This document shows positions 18,390 to 28,480 of a stretch of 64,000 bases of DNA, piece after piece. The notes below the pieces were generated by a model that saw nothing but the letters and a program-made list of their open reading frames with translations, had not been told where the DNA came from and ran no database searches. The DNA is from Bdellovibrionales bacterium (GTDB taxonomy: Bacteria; Myxococcota; XYA12-FULL-58-9; SYDY01), in the NCBI GenBank assembly GCA_005801425.1, contig SYDY01000121.1, positions 19,722 to 83,721 on the forward strand, given 5' to 3'. Both the position numbers and the translations under genes were made by a program. Numbering within the stretch: the first letter of the stretch is position 1; the number at the start of each line of letters is the position of its first letter.

Positions 18390-19442
18390 TTATGGCGCAG
18401 CAAGCTGCGCCGCTACCTGCGCCATCACCACCTTGCGCGCAAGCGCACTCAGCGGTGCTGCGAGAGGATCAACGACCGCATGAAGCGCAAGACGTCGTGC
18501 CAAAGAATTTTTCTTTTTTGTCGGCACATAAACCGTTGCACGAACATCACGATGGGTCAGTTGATGGGACACCGAGATACCCGATGAAACAAGATCACAC
18601 CCGCATTGTTCCATGAGTTCTGCATGGGCTGTCTTGCCTTCGCATGAATAGGGTTCCCACAAACCCGCCCACAAGCCTTCTAAACCCCGTTGGCGCAAAT
18701 ACACACGACCATCGGATGCAGAAAGCCACAGATACGCCACTTCTAAAATTTGACGTTTGGGCGGCGGATTAGGCACAGGCAATTCATTCACACGATCGTT
18801 CGCCAATGCCCCACAATGCATACGCAGCGGGCAAACAGTACATTGGGGTTGTTTGGGCGTGCAAATCAATGCGCCCAATTCCATGAGCGACTGGTTCAAA
18901 TCGCCAGGACGTTCGCCTTGAACCAATGCCTCAGCCAAAGCCCAAAGTTTTTTTTGTCCCGCGGATGATTTCGGCGCGTCATCGATCAAAAAAATACGAC
19001 ACAGCACACGCTCGACGTTACCATCCACCAACGGGGCTCGTTGCTTAAAAGCAATCGAAGCGATGGCACCTGCGGTGTATCGTCCTATGCCTGGCAAGGT
19101 TTGCAATGTGAGCGCATCGCCTGGGATCACCCCTTGATATTCTTCAACAACGGCACGCGCACCGCGATGCAAAAGCCGAGCACGACGATAATAACCAAGC
19201 CCAGCCCATGCTTCGCAAACCGACAATTCTTCGGCCTCAGCCAATGCCTGTACTGTGGGAAATCGTTCAAGAAACGCATCATAGCGCTTCATGACCGTAT
19301 CCACTTGGGTTTGCTGAAGCATAATTTCGGAGACCCAAATGGCATAGGGATCTTGATTGCGACGCCATGGAAGAACACGTTTGGATGCTTCGTAAAATGC
19401 CAAGAACTTTTCTCTTATTTTTTTTATTTCAGAGAGGTCCAT
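18390..19442 (-). CDS. mutY: A/G-specific adenine DNA glycosylase
   Basis: HhH-GPD domain (VLPWRRNQDPYAIWVSEIMLQQTQV), the [4Fe-4S] loop CTPKQPQCTVCPLRMHC, and a C-terminal NUDIX-like domain. Start at MDLSEIKK. Confidence 0.85.
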   Translation of the reverse strand: MDLSEIKKIREKFLAFYEASKRVLPWRRNQDPYAIWVSEIMLQQTQVDTVMKRYDAFLERFPTVQALAEAEELSVCEAWAGLGYYRRARLLHRGARAVVEEYQGVIPGDALTLQTLPGIGRYTAGAIASIAFKQRAPLVDGNVERVLCRIFLIDDAPKSSAGQKKLWALAEALVQGERPGDLNQSLMELGALICTPKQPQCTVCPLRMHCGALANDRVNELPVPNPPPKRQILEVAYLWLSASDGRVYLRQRGLEGLWAGLWEPYSCEGKTAHAELMEQCGCDLVSSGISVSHQLTHRDVRATVYVPTKKKNSLARRLALHAVVDPLAAPLSALARKVVMAQVAAQLAAP

Positions 19443-20160
19443 CAAGCGATCCTCGTACAAATTGTGCAACCACAGGATCCGTACTTTCGTAAATTTTATC
19501 GGCATTTCCCTGGTACAAAACAGCGCCTTGATAAAGCATCAAGATCTGCTTGCATAATGGAAAAATCAAATCCAAAGCATTGGAAACAATCACAGAAGCC
19601 ATGCCCACGTCACGTGCCAACATGCTCAATCTATCAAGCACCTGTACGCTGGTTTCTGGATCAAGTCCTGCCGTGGGATCATCAAAAAGACCAAGTTTGG
19701 GCTTTGCAACTACAGCGCGCGCAACACCCACGCGTTTACGCATACCCCCCGATATTTCGTGGGGAAATTTATCTTTGGCGTCCCACAACCCGATGCTTTG
19801 TAAAATTTCATGGATCCTGAGTTCCAGTGATGATTCGTCGACACCCGCACGGCGCAACACAAACGCGACATTTTCAAACACCGACAGTGAATCAAACAAG
19901 GCATCGTGTTGAAACGCCATGCCTACCTTGCTACGCCATGCATCGCTGCGAAGCATATCTGGCTCCCATGCCTGTCCATGTGCATTGATATCGCCAACCG
20001 TCATAGGCATCAAACCGGCCAATGCTTTAAGCAGCACTGTTTTCCCGGATCCTGGAGGTCCTATGATGCCCATCATTTCACCCGGTGCAATATGCAAAAA
20101 ATCGAGCAGCAACAGCGTTCGATCGTGATGACAGACCAGAATATCACGCAGCGTAATCAC
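19429..20160 (-). CDS. ABC transporter ATP-binding protein (MlaF-like)
   Basis: Walker A GPPGSGKT, signature ISGGMRKRVGVARA, Walker B LGLFDDP. Confidence 0.85.
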   Translation of the reverse strand: MITLRDILVCHHDRTLLLLDFLHIAPGEMMGIIGPPGSGKTVLLKALAGLMPMTVGDINAHGQAWEPDMLRSDAWRSKVGMAFQHDALFDSLSVFENVAFVLRRAGVDESSLELRIHEILQSIGLWDAKDKFPHEISGGMRKRVGVARAVVAKPKLGLFDDPTAGLDPETSVQVLDRLSMLARDVGMASVIVSNALDLIFPLCKQILMLYQGAVLYQGNADKIYESTDPVVAQFVRGSLDGPL

Positions 20161-21842
20161 GACCTTTCACTCTCGGTCCAACGATCAAGAATCTTCGCCA
20201 TGGAGATCCTCGGCAAACGGGGTGCCAACACCTGACGCCCCAAAACCACACCAAAAATCAAACTGGCAAGCCACAAACACACAATAGGCACAACCGGGAT
20301 CCCCCATACTTCGGCTTTAACATTGGACAATAAAAATAACGACCCCGTGATAAGTCCACATGCCACAAGCCCAGCAAATACAGTAAGACCCATGGCATCA
20401 ATACTACGGCGCAACTTTTCAATATGGGGGATCTCCGCTCGGATCTGCAAACGACCCGATTCAAGATCCATCATCACTTGCGACAACGCCGTAGGCATTT
20501 CTTTGAGAAGATCTCTGGCCCTCAGCATATTACGAAGCGCCGTATCCCCAAATTCACCAAGTGCAAATCGCTCTTCAAGAAGTCCATGAACCAAAGGTTT
20601 TGCCAATTCGAGAATTGGGATCTCCGGGTCCAATTGCCTGATCACACCTTCAAGCGTGGCCCCTGCACGGGACACAAGCATGTACTCACTTGCAATACGA
20701 ATTTTAAAGCGCGCCGCAAGATCCAAAAGTTCAGCCAACAGATCTGTGGCATTGATTTCTGAAATTTTGGATGTATCGCGAAAGAACTGATCAAATAAAC
20801 CGGCGCATGCATCACGCAGATGATGGAGTGAAACACGCGCATCGGTGGTTCCTATGCGATATAGCAAACGTGCCGCTGCATCGGCATCACGTGTGCCGAT
20901 GGCAAGCACCAACACTGCCAGAGTTTCACGCATGGCATAGGAAATTTCGCCGACCGATCCAAAATCGATCAACACCAAACGATTGTCATCAAGAATAAAC
21001 GAATTCCCCGGATGGGGATCGGCATGAAATAAGCCATGAATAAAAATCTGATGAAATGCGCCCGAAATAATGTTTTGTGCGATTTTTCGACGATTGTGGT
21101 GGGGCTTTAATGCATCAATACGGCTGCCTCGCATAAATTCCATCACGATCACATCGCTGCTACAAAGTTCTAAATAAACATCAGGCACGACATAATAATT
21201 TTGACCTTCGGCCTGCTTGCGAAAGCGCGCAATCATCTGGGCTTCGCGGTGAAAATCCAGTTCGCGCAGCAATGCAATTTCAAATTCACCCACAATCGCT
21301 TTGGTGGTGATAATCCCTGACGCTTCAACAACGCGATCAAGAAGCCGCGCCAGGATGCCGAGCAAATCGAGATCCTGTATGATGGCAGCCCGTGCATTCG
21401 GCCTTTGAACTTTCACAGCCACTTCGCGTCCATCACGCGTGCGTGCACGATGCACCTGGGCGATGCTGGCACTGGCAATAGGCTTTCGATCGAACTCCGA
21501 AAAAACATCATCGATGGATCTTCCGAGGCTCTTTTCAATCACCGAAATGGCCATTTTTTCAGGCATGGGCGCAACATCGTCTTGCAACCCCACAAGCTCT
21601 GCGGTGAATTTCGGTGGCAGCAGATCTGGGCGTGTGCTCATGATCTGGCCAAACTTCACAAACGTAGGTCCCAGCTCTTCAAGAGCAGCGCGAAAACGGC
21701 GGCCCACCCGGGACATATCAGGCTTGGCCGCACCAGACGCCTTGGCCTCTCGTTTCTCCGTAAAGTGATTGAGGCGATGGCGCACCAACACCGCTGTAAT
21801 TTGCTTGATGCGCGACAGTCGTGATGCAGTCTGGTGGAACAT
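20157..21842 (-). CDS. ubiB: ABC1/UbiB family atypical protein kinase
   Basis: FVKFGQIMSTRPDLLP, ASASIAQVHRA and AVKVQRP motifs. The C-terminus has TM helices. Confidence 0.85.
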   Translation of the reverse strand: MFHQTASRLSRIKQITAVLVRHRLNHFTEKREAKASGAAKPDMSRVGRRFRAALEELGPTFVKFGQIMSTRPDLLPPKFTAELVGLQDDVAPMPEKMAISVIEKSLGRSIDDVFSEFDRKPIASASIAQVHRARTRDGREVAVKVQRPNARAAIIQDLDLLGILARLLDRVVEASGIITTKAIVGEFEIALLRELDFHREAQMIARFRKQAEGQNYYVVPDVYLELCSSDVIVMEFMRGSRIDALKPHHNRRKIAQNIISGAFHQIFIHGLFHADPHPGNSFILDDNRLVLIDFGSVGEISYAMRETLAVLVLAIGTRDADAAARLLYRIGTTDARVSLHHLRDACAGLFDQFFRDTSKISEINATDLLAELLDLAARFKIRIASEYMLVSRAGATLEGVIRQLDPEIPILELAKPLVHGLLEERFALGEFGDTALRNMLRARDLLKEMPTALSQVMMDLESGRLQIRAEIPHIEKLRRSIDAMGLTVFAGLVACGLITGSLFLLSNVKAEVWGIPVVPIVCLWLASLIFGVVLGRQVLAPRLPRISMAKILDRWTESERS

Positions 21843-21937
21843 GGGGACATCCTAGTTTATCGCGTCATTCTGAGATACATTCCAGCCAGAAAAATGACGC
21901 GATAAAGTAGCTTTTTAAACACAATAGGAACACTTTG

Positions 21938-23983
21938 ATGGACTCTCTTATGAATCAAAATCCTAACTTCATTATTGAAACAATCATCACCTACGGACCG
22001 CTTTGCGCCGCTTTGCTGGCTCTGCTTTGGCTTCTCACACGTTGTATCGTCAATATTGGTCCTACAGAAATCGGAATTTTAGAACGACGTTTTTTTGGTC
22101 AATCACTGCCCACAGGCCGTGCTTTTGCAACCGGTCTCGAAGTCGGTGTTCTTGCAAAATACCTTCAGCCTGGTTTGCATTTTGTGGCGTGGCCCTTGAT
22201 GGCTGTGATCAAAAAAGTTCCCTTCGTAATCATTTCTTCCGATGAACTTGGTGTCATTACCGCTGCCGATGGCGAGACCATGCCATCAGGACGTATTTTT
22301 GCAGAAGACAAAGCGGGCGATCATCATGATAGTTTTCAAGATCCTGTGGGCTTTCTCACCCATGGCGGCATTCGAGGCAAACAGCTCCGATTTCTAACCA
22401 ACGGTACCTACAAAATTCATCCATTGCTTTTTCATGTTCAAAAAATTCTTAAGACAAAAATTCCCGAGGGTTTAATTGGTGTTGTCACGGCTTCAGACGG
22501 ACTGGCTCTTGACAATGGCCAATTGCTTGGTCGCCATGTCGAAGGACATGATCATTTCCAAAAAGCCGAAATATTTTTGCAAGCCGACGGCCAAAAAGGT
22601 CCGCAAATCGATTTTTTACGACCTGGTTCATACAATATTCTTACCGACGTTTTTACCGTTGAAATGCGCAAAGCCACGCAAATCATTGAAGACCAAATTG
22701 GTTTGGTCGAAGCCCGCGATGGTGCGCCCATGGAGCGCAATGAGATCGTCGCCTCAACACCCGATCTTGCAAAACACAAAGGCTATCAAGACGGCGAAGC
22801 ATTTTTACAGTGCGGCGGTCAACGCGGCCCTCAAGAAACAGTACTTCGTCCCGGCACCTACTACATCAATCCCTACTTGTTTGAAGTAAGCATTCGCCCT
22901 GTCACCGTGATCAACCAAGGCGAAGTGGGCGTTTTGATTTCCAATATTGGACGCGATCCCATGGATCTCACCGAAGCGTCACCCGAATCTGAATCGGGCA
23001 AACTTCGCCATGTGGTTCCCGAAGGATACCGCGGAATTCAGCGCAATGTGATTGGACCTGGCAAATACAATCTCAATCCTCTTGTCTTTTCGTTGGTCAA
23101 AGTGCCAACAACCATGCGTTCTGTGGAATGGGCACAGGATGCGCAAAGTGGCTTTAATCCGTTTGAAGTGGTGTCTCACGATGGTTTTGAAATGCGTGTG
23201 GAAGTTCGATGCCAATACCGTATTCAACCTGAAGATGCACCCTATGTGGTTCAACGCTTGGGATCGGTTGCTGAACTTGAACGCAACGTGATCCATCCAC
23301 AAATCGACGGCATCTTTCGTGCACAGGTGTCACGATCGCCCGCGATTTCTTATCAACAAAACCGTGCGGTTGAGCAAAGTGCTGCCGAAAACGCCGTGCG
23401 TGACGATCTGTTAAAATACCGCGTAGATGTGGTGTCGGTGATGATCACCAATATCCATCTTCCAGAAGCCTTGATGCGAACAACGCAGCAAAAAAATCTT
23501 GCCGAGCAAGAAGAATCCATGTTTGACGCAAAGAAAAAAGCCGAAGAACGTCGCATTGAATTTGAAAAAACAAAATCAGAAGCTGACCAACAAAGCCCGT
23601 TGATGCAGGCACGCATCGGCGTTGAAATCACAGAGCATGAAGCGAAACAGACCCAAAAACGCGCGGAAGGCGAAGCCGCTCGCATTCGTATTACGGCCAT
23701 CGCTGAGGCCGAACGTACACAGGCCATCGGTAATGCGGAAGCACACGTGACCCAAGTACGCGGTGAAGCCCAAGCCAAGGCGTATCAGGATCAAGTCAAA
23801 GCCCTCAGCGCGCAAGGCGTTACCGCCGTAGAACTTATCAAAGCGATTTCAGCCGCAGGCTTGCGCATCACGCCCGACGTGATTGTGTCTGGTACAACGG
23901 GTAGTGAAGGCAGTGGCGGCCTTGTGCAAGCACTTCTAGCGCAGGTGGTGTCGCAGCAGATCAAAACGCCTGTTGCGAAATAG
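21938..23983 (+). CDS. Flotillin-like SPFH/band-7 protein (YqiK-like) with a C-terminal coiled coil
   Basis: N-terminal TM segment, SPFH domain, and an EA-rich coiled coil (KKKAEERRIEFEKTKSEADQQ ... AEGEAARIRITAIAEAERTQ). ATG at 21938 is preceded by AGGAA. Confidence 0.8.
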   Translation: MDSLMNQNPNFIIETIITYGPLCAALLALLWLLTRCIVNIGPTEIGILERRFFGQSLPTGRAFATGLEVGVLAKYLQPGLHFVAWPLMAVIKKVPFVIISSDELGVITAADGETMPSGRIFAEDKAGDHHDSFQDPVGFLTHGGIRGKQLRFLTNGTYKIHPLLFHVQKILKTKIPEGLIGVVTASDGLALDNGQLLGRHVEGHDHFQKAEIFLQADGQKGPQIDFLRPGSYNILTDVFTVEMRKATQIIEDQIGLVEARDGAPMERNEIVASTPDLAKHKGYQDGEAFLQCGGQRGPQETVLRPGTYYINPYLFEVSIRPVTVINQGEVGVLISNIGRDPMDLTEASPESESGKLRHVVPEGYRGIQRNVIGPGKYNLNPLVFSLVKVPTTMRSVEWAQDAQSGFNPFEVVSHDGFEMRVEVRCQYRIQPEDAPYVVQRLGSVAELERNVIHPQIDGIFRAQVSRSPAISYQQNRAVEQSAAENAVRDDLLKYRVDVVSVMITNIHLPEALMRTTQQKNLAEQEESMFDAKKKAEERRIEFEKTKSEADQQSPLMQARIGVEITEHEAKQTQKRAEGEAARIRITAIAEAERTQAIGNAEAHVTQVRGEAQAKAYQDQVKALSAQGVTAVELIKAISAAGLRITPDVIVSGTTGSEGSGGLVQALLAQVVSQQIKTPVAK

Positions 23984-23992
23984 TAGGTCGAT

Positions 23993-24757
23993 TCACTCGG
24001 AAAACGCGATCAAAATCACGGTAATATTGTCTTGACCACCATTGCGATTGGCCTGACTGATAAGCTTTTGCGAAATGGCTTCAAGATCATCATGCCCGCC
24101 CGCAATCGTCTCTTCCATGTCGCGATCGTCGATCATGCCTGATAATCCATCGGAGCATAGCATATAAATATCACCAGGACGCGGTGAGAGTTTCTGGCTC
24201 TCAACCAACACCGTCGACTTCATCCCCAGTGCACGCACGATCACGTTCTTATGAGGAAAATGTTCTATTTCTTCCGGCGTGAGTTTGTGCACTTTCAGAT
24301 AATCATTGAGCAGAGAATGGTCTTCGGTCACTTGCGTCAATCGCCCATCGCGCATGAGGTACCCACGGCTATCACCCACGTGCGCCATGTATGCGCCCCC
24401 TGGGCCCGCGCTCATGGCAACCACCGTTGTCCCCATGCCCGCATAACGCGCATCGCTCTGAGACATCTCCCAGACGCGTAAATTCGCCACTTTGATGGCC
24501 GTCGACAAACGATTTTGGTCATAAACAAGCGTTTTGTCTTCTTTAAAAGGCCAGGTCATTTCCTGATCAGCCGCCGTCATTCGAAAAAATTCGGCCATGG
24601 TTTCTACCGCCAAACGCGACGCAACCTCACCACTAGCATGTCCCCCCATGCCATCGGCCACCACATAAAGGTTTTCTTCGGGAAAGAGATAAAGACTGTC
24701 CTCGTTAAGAGAACGTTTCATCCCCACGTGAGTGCTGCCCGCATACCGGATCTTCAT
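23993..24757 (-). CDS. PP2C-family Ser/Thr protein phosphatase
   Basis: GSTHVGMKRSLNEDS, VADGMGGHASGEVAS, CSDGL and GGQDNITV motifs. Confidence 0.85.
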   Translation of the reverse strand: MKIRYAGSTHVGMKRSLNEDSLYLFPEENLYVVADGMGGHASGEVASRLAVETMAEFFRMTAADQEMTWPFKEDKTLVYDQNRLSTAIKVANLRVWEMSQSDARYAGMGTTVVAMSAGPGGAYMAHVGDSRGYLMRDGRLTQVTEDHSLLNDYLKVHKLTPEEIEHFPHKNVIVRALGMKSTVLVESQKLSPRPGDIYMLCSDGLSGMIDDRDMEETIAGGHDDLEAISQKLISQANRNGGQDNITVILIAFSE

Positions 24758-24948
24758 TGCAAGCGTCGTTTCGGTTGGAGCACGGAGATTTCCTCTGCCT
24801 TATGTAAGTTTTACCACGGAGCCAAACCCCCAAGCAAGCATCGTAACACCATCCAAAAGGTTATTGACAATCAGACATGTCATAAACCATCGTCATAGAC
24901 GAGGAATTCGTTGTAAAATAAATACCAGACCCGGAGTAACAACATCCC

Positions 24949-27096
24949 ATGAGTTCCATGATCAGTTCATTTGCGGGCACAGACGTCGGCAGCATTGCCA
25001 AAAAATATGCCGATATCCTTTTGGCCGGGCTCATTATGGGGGTCATCGGGATGATGATCATCCCCTTGCCAACACATGTCCTCGATCTTCTCATTGTGCT
25101 CAACATCACGATCGCCGTCGCGATGCTGATGATCGTCATTTACATCAAACACGCACTCGAATTAACAACGTACCCCACCCTTATTCTTATCACGACACTC
25201 TTTCGACTCGCACTCAACGTATCCAGCACACGCCTTATTTTACTCGACGGTGATGCAGGCGATGTCATTTATGCCTTCGGAAACTTCGTTGTTCGCGGAA
25301 ACTTCGTCGTTGGCGCGGTGATCTTTTTGATCCTCACGCTCATTCAATTTTTGGTCGTTGCGAAAGGTGCCGAACGCGTTGCCGAAGTTGCTGCCCGCTT
25401 TACCTTGGATGCCATGCCCGGCAAACAAATGTCTATCGATGCGGATTTGCGTGCAGGTGCCTTCGATCTTGAAGAAGCCCAACGCCGCCGCGGACGCCTA
25501 GGCCGTGAATCCCAATTGTTTGGCGCCATGGACGGTGCCATGAAATTCGTCAAAGGCGATACCATCGCAGGCCTTATCATCACCGTCATCAATATCATCG
25601 CGGGCATCATCATTGGTATCACCATGATGGAACTTTCCGCCGCCGAAGCGGTTCAAAAATTTGGTATTCTCACCATCGGTGACGGTCTTGTGTCGCAAAT
25701 ACCCGCCCTTCTCGGCGCCATGACCGCCGGTATCATCGTGACCCGTGTAGGCGGCGATGATGAAAACGCAAACTTGGGCGATGACATCGCCAAACAGGTT
25801 CTTGCACAACCCAAAGCATTTGCCATTTCCGCAGGTCTTTTGTTTGGCATCGGCCTCGTGCCAGGCCTACCTACTTTCGCCTTTATGACCATGGCACTCG
25901 CGGTCGGCTTTATGGCCTACAGCCTCATGCGCGGAAAAATAGGACCCAAAAACAAAGACGATCCGGCCGCGCTCAACGAAGTCCAGCAACAAGGCGACGA
26001 TACCCGCAAGAAACAAATTCAAGCGGCAAAGCGGCAAGAAGGTCAGTCCCAACAAATGCTGCCGGTTGTTACGCCTATTGCATTGGAAGTGGCATCCGAT
26101 CTTATCCCCTTGGTGGAAGATTCCGGATCCAACAAGTTCCTGGGCGAGATGATCCCAATGATGCGCGATGGTCTCTTCTACGAAATCGGCGTCAAGTTTC
26201 CAGGTCTTCGCGTACGTGGCAACGAAGCCGATCTCGCACCTGGCACATACATCATTATGATCAACGAAGTACCTTTGGTTTCCGGCACCGTCTCTCTGAA
26301 CAAAGTGCTGGTCAACGACACGGTCGATCGCCTCACGTTGCTCAATATTCAAGGCGAATCGGCCATCAATCCTGCCAATGGATCCGAGTGCGCGTGGATC
26401 CCTGCAGTCCATGCCGACATCGCCGAACAGGCGGGCCTCACCACCTGGGATGCATCCGGCTATATCGTGCTGCATCTATCCAGTGTGCTGCGTAAAAATG
26501 CCGCCGAATTTGTGGGCATCCAAGAAGTTCAAAATATGCTCGAACAACTCGAGCAGGCCTTTCCAGCCTTGGTCAAAGAAGTCGTGCCTAAATCTGTATC
26601 GCCTTTCCAGCTCACCGACATCATGCGTCGTTTGGTGGAAGAGGAAATTTCCATCCGCGATTTGCGATCGATTTTGCAAGCCCTCGCCGAATGGGGCCAA
26701 GTCGAGAACGACACGGTCATGCTCACCGAATACGTGCGCAATGCCCTTAAACGTTACATCTCACACAAATTCACCCGAGGCGGAAATACACTGGTTGTGT
26801 ATCTCCTCGATCCACACATCGAAGAAACCGTCCGTGGTGCCATTCAGCATACCCAAAGCGGTTCGTTCTTGGCCCTCGAACCCGAAGTCACCCAAGAAAT
26901 TCTATCCGCAGTCCGCACCGAAGTTGGCAACCTGCCGCCCACGGCGCAAAACCCTGTCATCCTTACCACCATGGAAATTCGCCGCTACATGCGCAAGCTT
27001 GTTGAACTCGAATTCCCTCACCTCGCCGTATTGAGCTACCAAGAATTGTCGCCAGACATGAACATCCAGCCGATTGCGCGTATTACGTTGGATTAA
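24949..27096 (+). CDS. sctV: Type III secretion system export apparatus major subunit SctV (YscV/LcrD/InvA family), non-flagellar type
   Basis: 715 aa, FHIPEP family. Closer to YscV than FlhA: DAGDVIYAFGNFVV, GAERVAEVAARFTLDAMPGKQMSIDADLRAG, ESQLFGAMDGAMKFVKGD, LGDDIAKQVLAQPKA, and C-terminus LSYQELSPDMNIQPIARITLD. Has the 8-TM N-domain plus a cytoplasmic domain. Confidence 0.85.
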   Translation: MSSMISSFAGTDVGSIAKKYADILLAGLIMGVIGMMIIPLPTHVLDLLIVLNITIAVAMLMIVIYIKHALELTTYPTLILITTLFRLALNVSSTRLILLDGDAGDVIYAFGNFVVRGNFVVGAVIFLILTLIQFLVVAKGAERVAEVAARFTLDAMPGKQMSIDADLRAGAFDLEEAQRRRGRLGRESQLFGAMDGAMKFVKGDTIAGLIITVINIIAGIIIGITMMELSAAEAVQKFGILTIGDGLVSQIPALLGAMTAGIIVTRVGGDDENANLGDDIAKQVLAQPKAFAISAGLLFGIGLVPGLPTFAFMTMALAVGFMAYSLMRGKIGPKNKDDPAALNEVQQQGDDTRKKQIQAAKRQEGQSQQMLPVVTPIALEVASDLIPLVEDSGSNKFLGEMIPMMRDGLFYEIGVKFPGLRVRGNEADLAPGTYIIMINEVPLVSGTVSLNKVLVNDTVDRLTLLNIQGESAINPANGSECAWIPAVHADIAEQAGLTTWDASGYIVLHLSSVLRKNAAEFVGIQEVQNMLEQLEQAFPALVKEVVPKSVSPFQLTDIMRRLVEEEISIRDLRSILQALAEWGQVENDTVMLTEYVRNALKRYISHKFTRGGNTLVVYLLDPHIEETVRGAIQHTQSGSFLALEPEVTQEILSAVRTEVGNLPPTAQNPVILTTMEIRRYMRKLVELEFPHLAVLSYQELSPDMNIQPIARITLD

Positions 27097-27106
27097 CGTA
27101 AGAAAG

Positions 27107-27286
27107 ATCCGGCATTGCGAGCCCGAGTCATCGGGCAAAGCAACCCCGGCCCAGAGATATCTTCGCCCTACAGCGGACTCGCAATAAAATGGCGACCTCA
27201 CTGTCGGAAAATAACATGGCCGATTTATATGAACGATGAGTCTAAAAGCCTGGATTGCTTCACCCGATGACTCGGGCTCGCAATGA
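27107..27286. repeat. MITE-like element or large stem-loop: 23-bp perfect inverted repeats (CATTGCGAGCCCGAGTCATCGGG / CCCGATGACTCGGGCTCGCAATG) flanking about 130 bp
   Basis: Seen directly at 27110-27132 and 27264-27286, between the convergent sctV and rpsI genes. Each arm also contains a small palindrome GCCCGA-GTCA-TCGGGC. TTTTGTTTTTT follows at 27294-27304. Confidence 0.6.
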
Positions 27287-27348
27287 CGAACATTTTGTTT
27301 TTTGGGGGGCTATAGCGATAAGTTCGCGGATCGCGATCTGAAGAATGA

Positions 27349-27744
27349 TTAACGCTTCGAGAACTGGAAGCGCTTACGTGCACCTGGTTGGCCGTATTTC
27401 TTACGCTCAACCTTACGAGGATCGCGGGTCATGAAACCAGCTTTTTTGAGTTCAACGCGGTGGCCGATTTCCATTTCGCACAAAGCACGCGAAATGCCGT
27501 GACGAATCGCACCTGCTTGACCAGCCAAACCACCACCGCAAACGTTCACGGAGATGTCGAGTTTGCCATTCTGAGCAGTCACATCAAGCGCTTGGCGAAT
27601 GATAAGACGAAGCGAAGGCCTGCCGAAGTAATTTTCCAACGAACGATTGTTTACGGTGATTTCACCGGAACCCGCTCTGATCCAAACGCGTGCACTGGAT
27701 TCTTTACGACGACCTGTACCGTACCACTTCAATTGCTCAGACAT
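27349..27744 (-). CDS. rpsI: 30S ribosomal protein S9
   Basis: [22 protein letters not shown] ... [17 protein letters not shown]. Confidence 0.95.
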   Translation of the reverse strand: MSEQLKWYGTGRRKESSARVWIRAGSGEITVNNRSLENYFGRPSLRLIIRQALDVTAQNGKLDISVNVCGGGLAGQAGAIRHGISRALCEMEIGHRVELKKAGFMTRDPRKVERKKYGQPGARKRFQFSKR

Positions 27745-27760
27745 CTTTTGTTACCCTAAT

Positions 27761-28201
27761 TTAAGCTGCGATGATGAGTTCTTGGGGCTGTTGGGCACCA
27801 TGAGGATGCTCACTGCCTTTGTAGACCTTCAGTTTCTTAAACGTCGCACGTCCCAATGTTCCCTTAGGAAGCATGCCCTTCACCGCAATCTCAATCATGC
27901 GCTCAGGATGAGCGGCACGCATTTGTGATGCAGTTTTTGAAACCACGCCACCCACCCAACCGGTGTGATGATGGTAAAGCTTCTTATTTTCTTTATCACC
28001 GGTGAGACGCACTTTTTCAGCGTTAATCACAATGACGAAATCGCCACAATCGGTGTGGGGTGTAAACCCAGGACTTCGCTTGCCACGAAGAACCGAAGCA
28101 ATCTCGGTGCAAAGACGACCCAAAACTTTGTTTTCGGCATCGACGATGAACCAACGACGCGCTTCTAAGGCCTCTTCTTTGCTTACGCTGACCGTAGGCA
28201 T
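27761..28201 (-). CDS. rplM: 50S ribosomal protein L13
   Basis: [35 protein letters not shown] ... [19 protein letters not shown]. The track ORF extends 23 codons upstream to 28270, with an N-terminal near-duplicate (see findings). Confidence 0.9.
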   Translation of the reverse strand: MPTVSVSKEEALEARRWFIVDAENKVLGRLCTEIASVLRGKRSPGFTPHTDCGDFVIVINAEKVRLTGDKENKKLYHHHTGWVGGVVSKTASQMRAAHPERMIEIAVKGMLPKGTLGRATFKKLKVYKGSEHPHGAQQPQELIIAA

Positions 28202-28480
28202 AGCGACACTGGCGCGCTTATGCTTTTTTGCTCGATCTTTAATTTCTTTGCTAACGCTAATCGTATGCATTGCGCTTCCACCCGTTCTTTGCTGCTTCGC
28301 TTCACATGATACAAATAGAGCGAAGGCGGTCGTTTTAAAGCGGAAGACCCCAAGATGTCAAGCAAACTGGGGTACCATCACAGTAACTTATCTCCAACCC
28401 TCACCCGCCTTGCCAAGGCTCGGCGACCACTCCCGCAAGCGGGAGAGGTGAGACATTATCACCCGCCCCGCCTTATGTGA

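Noticed and set aside
24758-24948. TTGACA -35-like box in the divergent PP2C/sctV intergenic region
   Set aside because: No suitably spaced -10 hexamer could be identified, so it is not reported as a promoter.
27340-27366. Imperfect hairpin AACGCTTC-N8-GAAGCGCTT at the rpsI stop, considered as a terminator
   Set aside because: It overlaps the coding 3' end and has a mismatch and no following U-run on the rpsI transcript strand.
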